From positions 128,001 through 192,000 of the forward strand of contig CAVSHR010000006.1 of assembly GCA_963727625.1 (NCBI GenBank): a DNA stretch of 64,000 nt, given 5' to 3'. Position 1 is the first letter of the stretch. Every line of letters starts with the position of its first letter. Positions 56,311 to 64,000 of this stretch are shown here, in pieces. The translations under genes were made by a program, and so were the position numbers. The DNA is from an uncultured delta proteobacterium. GTDB lineage: Bacteria; Desulfobacterota; Binatia; UBA9968. The notes below the pieces were generated by a model. The model was not told the DNA's origin. It saw nothing but the letters and a program-made list of their open reading frames with translations, and did no database searches.

Positions 56311-56937
56311 TTATCCCCCGACCCGCTGGCTTGCGGAAGCTATATTTTTTTTCTTTGCCAACTTTTCGGGCTCAATTTTAGTTTTCACGTTCCGAATCAC
56401 ACGAATTTTTTTAGCCTCCAATTCGACTTCCATTCTGGACCCTTCTAAAGCGATCCCATCGCCGACTACGGTGGTATGGCTTGGCAGCACAATCTGATCC
56501 TTGGCCGGCAGATAATTGGCTTGCTCCGCCTTGAGCACATAGCCCTGAAAAGAAACCTGAACACCGCCGCGAAGCTCCATTCTATCCAATTCTCTTTCAT
56601 TTAGATAAATGAGCGCTTCTTCCCCCTGGGTCTCGGCCACCTCGCCTTTTTTGTCGTAGTAGTAAAACCTGGGTTTTTTGATCACGGCCTCCTTTTGTTC
56701 TTTGAAATAGTTTGCCTCGTCGCCGAAGAGCTCCCACACTTTGCGTCCGTCTTCGATCTTGGAGCGGTGGAAATCCTTCATGTGCAGGGCCGATTCAGGA
56801 AGGTAATCAAGCGCTTTCATGGGGTTGGTTTTAAATTCTTTTTGCACGTTACGAACGATGCCGGCCACCTTATAGCCCACCCCCCCTAAAGATAGCAGGA
56901 TCGCCAACAGCAATACCGAGCGTCTAGTTACATGCAT
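56311..56937 (-). CDS. lptC: LPS export protein LptC
   Basis: N-term TM + beta-rich domain; operon position. Confidence 0.8.
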   Translation of the reverse strand: MHVTRRSVLLLAILLSLGGVGYKVAGIVRNVQKEFKTNPMKALDYLPESALHMKDFHRSKIEDGRKVWELFGDEANYFKEQKEAVIKKPRFYYYDKKGEVAETQGEEALIYLNERELDRMELRGGVQVSFQGYVLKAEQANYLPAKDQIVLPSHTTVVGDGIALEGSRMEVELEAKKIRVIRNVKTKIEPEKLAKKKNIASASQRVGG

Positions 56938-56957
56938 GGTGTTTCACCTAAAATGCA

Positions 56958-57007
56958 AAAGTAACACTCTTAGGGACAGCTGTAAAGGAATCGGCACGAA
57001 ATTTGCT
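56958..57007. promoter_or_regulatory. lptC sigma70 promoter (-) with adjacent antisense sigma54 site (+)
   Basis: TTTACA-17-TACTTT on minus; CGGCACGAAATTTGCT (GG-N10-GC) at 56992-57007 on plus. Confidence 0.55.
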
Positions 57008-57034
57008 TTGTGCGACTAACAATTCATCCGGAAA

Positions 57035-57568
57035 TCAACCAAGCTGGGCTATTGCCGCCGTCCACTTACCTTGAACTTTCATCAATAATTCGGCTACTTC
57101 ACGAACCGCGCCGGCGCCGCCTTTTGCATTGGTGACATAATCCACGACCGAGCCAAGTCCGGGCCAAGCATCGGCCACTGAAACCGCTAAGCCAGCTTGT
57201 CGGAGAATCGCAAGATCGACGATATCGTCCCCAATGTAAGCAATTTGGTTATCTTTGAGAGCCCGTCGCCGCTTGATCTCGTTGTAGGTGGCAAGCTTGT
57301 CGCGCACGCCCTGACGGACCAGGCCGATGCCCAGCTCGTTGGCCCGGTGGCGCACGCTCTGAGAGGAACGCGAAGTGATGATACCGACGTCTATGCCTGA
57401 GCGTAGAAGCAAGGAAATGCCTTGCCCGTCGCGCACGTGAAAGTGCTTGGTTTCGACACCGCGGTCATCGATGATGATTCGGCCATCGGTGAGGACACCG
57501 TCCACGTCAAGGAGAAGCAAGACAATGCTTTTGGCTTTCGAGCGCACGCCCGAGGAAATACGATTCAC
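57035..57568 (-). CDS. kdsC: KDO 8-phosphate phosphatase
   Basis: LDVDGVLTDG, YIGDD, GG.GAVRE. Confidence 0.93.
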   Translation of the reverse strand: MNRISSGVRSKAKSIVLLLLDVDGVLTDGRIIIDDRGVETKHFHVRDGQGISLLLRSGIDVGIITSRSSQSVRHRANELGIGLVRQGVRDKLATYNEIKRRRALKDNQIAYIGDDIVDLAILRQAGLAVSVADAWPGLGSVVDYVTNAKGGAGAVREVAELLMKVQGKWTAAIAQLG

Positions 57569-57575
57569 CGAGAGC

Positions 57576-58556
57576 TTAAATCCCTGTCTTGAGTATATCG
57601 TGGAGATGAATGATGCCGATCGGCTTGCACTCGCGGTCGAGCACGAAAAGTGCGGTGATGGGCCGCGGCAAATTCTCTTCCATTTGAGCAAAGGCCTGGG
57701 CTGCGAGAACCTCTTTTTCAATGGTGCGCGGATTAGCCGTCATCACTTCGCCCGCGCTCTTATGGAGGATACCGTCGCCATGGGTCTGTAAGCCGCGGCG
57801 CAGATCGCCGTCGGTAATGACACCGATCAAAGTGCCACTGGCATCGATCACCCCGGTAACTCCCAAGCGTTTTGAAGTAATCTCGAACAGCGCTTCTTTA
57901 ACCGGTGTGTCCTGGCAGACCAGGGGAAGTTCTTCGGCTCTGTGCATCAAATCTTCAACACGTAAAATTAATCTCCGGCCCAGAATGCCACCGGGATGAC
58001 GCACCGCGAAGTCTTCTTCCTTAAAACCCTTTTCTTCGAGCAACACCACCGCCAGGGCGTCGCCCATCGCCAGCGCAACCGTAGTACTCGCTGTCGGCGC
58101 TAGGCCCAAGGGGCAAGCCTCCTCTTTCACCCTGACATTCAAGACGACATCACCGGCCTTGGCCAGCGATGAATCAGGATTGCCGGTCATAACGATCAAT
58201 TTGTTACCATTAATCGTGAAATGTGGCAGCAGCTTTAGAATCTCGTCGGTCTCGCCGCTATTCGAAACTGCCAAAACCACGTCGCAGCTCATGACCATGC
58301 CGAGATCGCCGTGAACCGCGTCGCCGGAATGGAGAAAAAATGCCGGTGTACCCGTGCTGGCGAGCGTCGCGGCAATTTTATGACAAATCAAGCCGGACTT
58401 CCCCAACCCTGTGACGACAACCTTACCGCGGCAATCGCGCAGCAATTCGACCGCGCGAACAAAATTTTCGTCGAGCCGTTCGATAATCGATAAAATTCCC
58501 TGCGACTCGATGCGCAGCACATCCGCCGCACGCTTGAGAATCTCACCATTCTTCAC
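57576..58556 (-). CDS. kdsD: arabinose 5-phosphate isomerase (SIS+CBS)
   Basis: GKSG, STGTP, HGDLG, APT.ST, HPGG.LG. Confidence 0.95.
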   Translation of the reverse strand: MKNGEILKRAADVLRIESQGILSIIERLDENFVRAVELLRDCRGKVVVTGLGKSGLICHKIAATLASTGTPAFFLHSGDAVHGDLGMVMSCDVVLAVSNSGETDEILKLLPHFTINGNKLIVMTGNPDSSLAKAGDVVLNVRVKEEACPLGLAPTASTTVALAMGDALAVVLLEEKGFKEEDFAVRHPGGILGRRLILRVEDLMHRAEELPLVCQDTPVKEALFEITSKRLGVTGVIDASGTLIGVITDGDLRRGLQTHGDGILHKSAGEVMTANPRTIEKEVLAAQAFAQMEENLPRPITALFVLDRECKPIGIIHLHDILKTGI

Positions 58557-59389
58557 GGCTGGCCGCCTTGCTTGACCATGGCGTCGATCTCTTTGACCAC
58601 CTTGAGCAGGCTTTCAAAATGGCCCAAGTCAAGCGAATTGGGCCCGTCGCTCAGGGCATGATCGGGATCTTCATGGACCTCCAGGAACAGCGCATCGATG
58701 CCGACCGCCACTCCGGCCCGGGCCAATGCGGGAATATATTTGCGCTCGCCGCCCGACGCGTTGCCGAGACCGCCTGGCAGTTGGAGGCTGTGGGTGGCGT
58801 CGAACACTACCGGGTAGCCGAGCTCGCCCATGACCACCAGCGAGCGCATATCGGAAACCAAATTGTTGTAGCCGAAGGACGCGCCCCGCTCGGTCAAAAG
58901 AATTTGCTCGTTGCCGGTGGAAATAATTTTGTCGATGATGTTGCGCATGTCCCACGGGGCCAGGAATTGCCCCTTTTTGACATTCACGACTCGGCCGGAA
59001 TTCGCCACCGCCAGCACGAAATCGGTCTGGCGGCACAGAAAGGCGGGGATTTGTAGAATGTCGGCGACCTCGCGAACCGGCGCCACTTGATCGATTTCAT
59101 GAACGTCGGTCAGTACTGGCACGCCGATCTTGGCTTTTACCTCGGCGAGGATCTCTAGGCCTTTTTCCAATCCCGGGCCGCGAAAAGAATTCACCGAAGA
59201 GCGATTGGCTTTGTCGTAAGAAGACTTGAAGATATAAGGCACGCCGACATGATCGGCTTTCTCTTTGAGCGCGGCGGCGTGGCGCAGCGCCGACTCTTGA
59301 CTTTCGATCACACAGGGACCGGCGATCACGGCGAGGGGTAAACCAGCGCCGATTTTGAGCTGCCCAACCTTGACTGCCTTACTCGCCAT
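58553..59389 (-). CDS. kdsA: KDO 8-phosphate synthase
   Basis: AGPCVIE, KANRSS, QIPAFLCRQT, FDATHS. Confidence 0.97.
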   Translation of the reverse strand: MASKAVKVGQLKIGAGLPLAVIAGPCVIESQESALRHAAALKEKADHVGVPYIFKSSYDKANRSSVNSFRGPGLEKGLEILAEVKAKIGVPVLTDVHEIDQVAPVREVADILQIPAFLCRQTDFVLAVANSGRVVNVKKGQFLAPWDMRNIIDKIISTGNEQILLTERGASFGYNNLVSDMRSLVVMGELGYPVVFDATHSLQLPGGLGNASGGERKYIPALARAGVAVGIDALFLEVHEDPDHALSDGPNSLDLGHFESLLKVVKEIDAMVKQGGQP

Positions 59390-59411
59390 AGGAACACAAA
59401 AAGAGCTGGAG

Positions 59412-61070
<1,659 letters not shown>

Positions 61071-61841
61071 CTATACGAGCGTTTTAAAATAGCGCTCGGC
61101 TTTTCGAAGATCCGCCGGAGTATCCACCTCCACCGATTTTTCGTCGACTTCCGCGACAAAAATTCGATAACCGTTCTCCAAGGCCCGGAGCTGTTCCAAA
61201 CTCTCGATTCGCTCCAGTAAGGTTGGTCGCAATCGGGCAAACTTCAAGAGAAAATCCCGCCGGTAAACGTAAAGCCCGAGGTGTCGATAGCCCCATAAAC
61301 GCCGATCGTCGTTCGATTGATTCTTTCGCCCGCTCGGATCAAGCTCCATGTTACGTGCGTAGGGAACCGGCGCGCGGGAAAAATACAGCGCGAAGCCGTC
61401 GTGATTGGCGAGGACCTTGACGATGTTCGGATTACGCCATTCTTTTAAATCGTAAATCGGCGCACACACGGTACCCATGGGGATCGCCGGATTCTGCCGC
61501 AGCGGGCGCACCGCACGCGCGATGGTTTCAGCATGAATAAAGGGCAAATCGCCCTGCACGTTTACCACCCAGTCCGCCCTTATTTTGCGCGCCACCTCGG
61601 CCAAACGGTCGGTGCCGCTGGCATGCCGGCGCGACGTCATCACCACCTCGCCGCCGAAGTTTTTGACCGCTCGTTCGATGCGGCGGTCATCGGTGGCGAC
61701 CAAAACCCGACTCAATTCCCGTGCCCGCGATGTGCTTTCATAGACATGCTGGATCATCGGTTTACCGCCGATCTTGGCCAATGGCTTTCCCGGCAGACGG
61801 GTCGAACCATAGCGCGCCGGGATAATCGCCACAACGCTCAT
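61071..61841 (-). CDS. kdsB: CMP-KDO synthetase
   Basis: IPARYGSTRLPGKPL, SGTDR, NVQGD, LEQLRALE. Confidence 0.96.
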   Translation of the reverse strand: MSVVAIIPARYGSTRLPGKPLAKIGGKPMIQHVYESTSRARELSRVLVATDDRRIERAVKNFGGEVVMTSRRHASGTDRLAEVARKIRADWVVNVQGDLPFIHAETIARAVRPLRQNPAIPMGTVCAPIYDLKEWRNPNIVKVLANHDGFALYFSRAPVPYARNMELDPSGRKNQSNDDRRLWGYRHLGLYVYRRDFLLKFARLRPTLLERIESLEQLRALENGYRIFVAEVDEKSVEVDTPADLRKAERYFKTLV

Positions 61842-62118
61842 CGGTCCAATAATTCAGAGGTGTAAAGACAACTCAACGTTTTCTAAGAGATGCGATTGGG
61901 CGCCTAAAAGAAAAAACCGTAATGGCTTTCTCGGAAAGCACATCACGGAATTTGAATATACGCGGTGGCGGAAAAAGTGTCAATGAGATTTTGCGTCGGT
62001 GTAGTAGCAAAGTGAATCTGACAGGGTCTAACGGCAAGGTACTTATGTCACCGGTTAACTACAACGCAACTAAGTCAGGCCGCAGGACGATTGTCGGGAG
62101 CGGCAGTGGATCGGAAAT

Positions 62119-64000
62119 TTACGACGTGCGTAGTGAATGGTCCGATTCGTTTTGGTTGCGCGGTTCTTCGGCAGCGACGACGATACGGTCGCGGCCAGCT
62201 TGCTTGGCCCGGTAAAGCGCTTGATCCGCCGCCTGGAGTAAGGATGGGTTGGTTTGTCCATGCGCCGGGAAATAGGCGATTCCCATCGAAACCGTGATGT
62301 TCTTGATGGTTTGCCCCTCTTCCCTGACGACCATCCGACGCAAGCCAATGCGCAGTTGTTCGAGCCGGTGGCGCGCCGGTTCGACCGAGATGTCTGGCAG
62401 TATGATGACAAACTCGTCGCCGCCGTAGCGGCAGACGATATCGCTGCCGCGAAACTTGGCCTTGAGCAGATTGCTCCATTCGCGTAGCACGGCATCGGCG
62501 GCCGTGTGGCCGTAAGTGTCGTTGAGCAGTTTAAAGTTATCGATATCCAGCATCGCCACCACCACGGCTTTAGCCGAACGCTCCGCCCGGCTCAGCTCAC
62601 GATCGAGGGTGTCTTCCATGTAGCGGCGGTTGAACAATCCGGTTTGCGGGTCGCGAATGCTCTGGTTCTTAAGCGTTTCCCGCAAACGCAAATTAGCCAA
62701 GATCAACGATAGTTGTTCCGCCACCGCTCGGGCGGAGTTAGCGATGATGTTCTTGGCCCCAGCGCTCTGATCCGAATAGCGTAGGTGCAATAGCCCCAGG
62801 TTCTCCCCGTGCGCGATCATCGGTAAACACAAGTAGCCGTTTTCGGGCTCGTCCTCGGTGCCGACATGTTGGCAAATCAGATCGGCTTCGCCTGGTGCCA
62901 TTCCATGCGGCTTATTGCGCCGCAAGGCCCAGCAATCGTCCGGGTCCAAGATACTGTCGAACTCGCCGGCCCGTCTTCCCCACTGGCTTACGCTCTCGAG
63001 CAAGCTTCGCGACGCCACCACCATGTAGAGCACGCCGCGGGTACCCTGCAGCAGCAGCGGCATCCGCCGGCTGATCACACCGTGGGCCTCGTCCAAATCG
63101 CGGCAGGACTCCAGCAACTCTACCATCTCGCTCACCAGGCGCATTTCTTGGTTACGCCTTTCCAACTCCAGAACCGACTTTTGGAGCTCATCGTGGGCCT
63201 GCTGCAGCTCGCGTTCGATCAGCCGCCGTTGGGCATTTTCCCCCTCAAGTTCTTTGGTCCGTTCCGCGACTCGGTGCTCCAAGCTGGCATTTAAAGCCTG
63301 GATCTCCTCGGTCCGCTCGTTCACCCGGCGTTCCAGGGTAACGTTTAGAGCGCGGATTTCCTCTTCGACTTGCTTGCGTTCGGTGATATCGACGACGGAC
63401 GCGAGCACTTGCGAGCTGCCCGGCCCCTGAATACGATTCAGGCCGATCTCAACGGGAATTTCTCGGCCATCGCTGGTCAAGGCAAGGAGCTCCCGACCGT
63501 GGCCCACGACGCGCACCTCGGCAGCATCGAAAAAATGCTCGCGCTGGCTTGGATGGCTAGCACGAAAACGCGCCGGCACGAGAAACTCAACGGGTTTGCC
63601 GACCAGCTCGTCACGACTATAACCGAACAGGCGCTCGGCTTGCGAGTTGACTAGAGTAATTGCACCGCTCGCATCGACACGGAGCATGCCGTAGGGTGCC
63701 GATTCGACCAATAAGCGAAGCTGCTCCTCAGCGCTTTTCTGCTCGCTATTATCGACGTACATGGCTCGCGTTCCGGTGACTTTGCCCGTCTCGTCGGTGA
63801 TCGGATCGCCGCGCACCAAGACCGGAATAATCTGCCCGTCACTGACCACCAGCTCTCGTTCTCCCGATACCACGCGGCCTTGCAACGCGTTGCGATAGCC
63901 GTTTTCGCCCAATAATTTAAGCCTTGAGTCGGCCGAGTGGAAATCGGCCAGCGAGCGGCCGATGACATCCTTGCGGTCGTACTTTAATGTTTGCAAAAAC
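62119..64000 (-). CDS. PAS-PAS-GAF-GGDEF diguanylate cyclase (5' end outside window)
   Basis: PAS motifs, DPQTGLFNRR, I-site RGSD, GGDEF. Confidence 0.92.
   Translation of the reverse strand, partial: FLQTLKYDRKDVIGRSLADFHSADSRLKLLGENGYRNALQGRVVSGERELVVSDGQIIPVLVRGDPITDETGKVTGTRAMYVDNSEQKSAEEQLRLLVESAPYGMLRVDASGAITLVNSQAERLFGYSRDELVGKPVEFLVPARFRASHPSQREHFFDAAEVRVVGHGRELLALTSDGREIPVEIGLNRIQGPGSSQVLASVVDITERKQVEEEIRALNVTLERRVNERTEEIQALNASLEHRVAERTKELEGENAQRRLIERELQQAHDELQKSVLELERRNQEMRLVSEMVELLESCRDLDEAHGVISRRMPLLLQGTRGVLYMVVASRSLLESVSQWGRRAGEFDSILDPDDCWALRRNKPHGMAPGEADLICQHVGTEDEPENGYLCLPMIAHGENLGLLHLRYSDQSAGAKNIIANSARAVAEQLSLILANLRLRETLKNQSIRDPQTGLFNRRYMEDTLDRELSRAERSAKAVVVAMLDIDNFKLLNDTYGHTAADAVLREWSNLLKAKFRGSDIVCRYGGDEFVIILPDISVEPARHRLEQLRIGLRRMVVREEGQTIKNITVSMGIAYFPAHGQTNPSLLQAADQALYRAKQAGRDRIVVAAEEPRNQNESDHSLRTS

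Overview
The window has two halves and looks like a Deltaproteobacteria-like genome, most consistent with Ca. Binatia/Binatota; this is inferred from gene content and 16S appearance and was not checked against a database. Bases 1-32.9 kb are a decaying accessory region. It holds many amidohydrolases and other catabolic enzymes, about 7 intact or broken toxin-antitoxin loci, two HEPN nucleases (one ApeA-like), a low-GC tripartite tricarboxylate transporter, IS1182-like, IS1380 and IS21 elements, and an intact REP-associated tyrosine (HUH/Y1) transposase. Bases 32.9-64 kb are intact core genome: a full rRNA operon (16S-tRNAIle-tRNAAla-23S-5S, minus strand), zapBA-(6S?)-fau-rny-ymdB-tyrS, a copper-chaperone island, and kdsB-pyrG-kdsA-kdsD-kdsC-lptCAB-rpoN-hpf-ptsN-rapZ-HPr-metK-ahcY, plus a diguanylate cyclase. 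The most interesting signal is two families of short 20-30 bp motifs, one identical to the ends of the Y1 transposase element. They sit at or near boundaries of TA, HEPN and enzyme genes between 2.7 and 24 kb, suggesting an integron-like, HUH-transposase-driven gene-cassette system. Other highlights are a RAPP-motif uORF heading a copper cluster, strand-biased G-loss in an IS21 remnant, and an antisense sigma54 site next to the promoter of the rpoN-containing operon.
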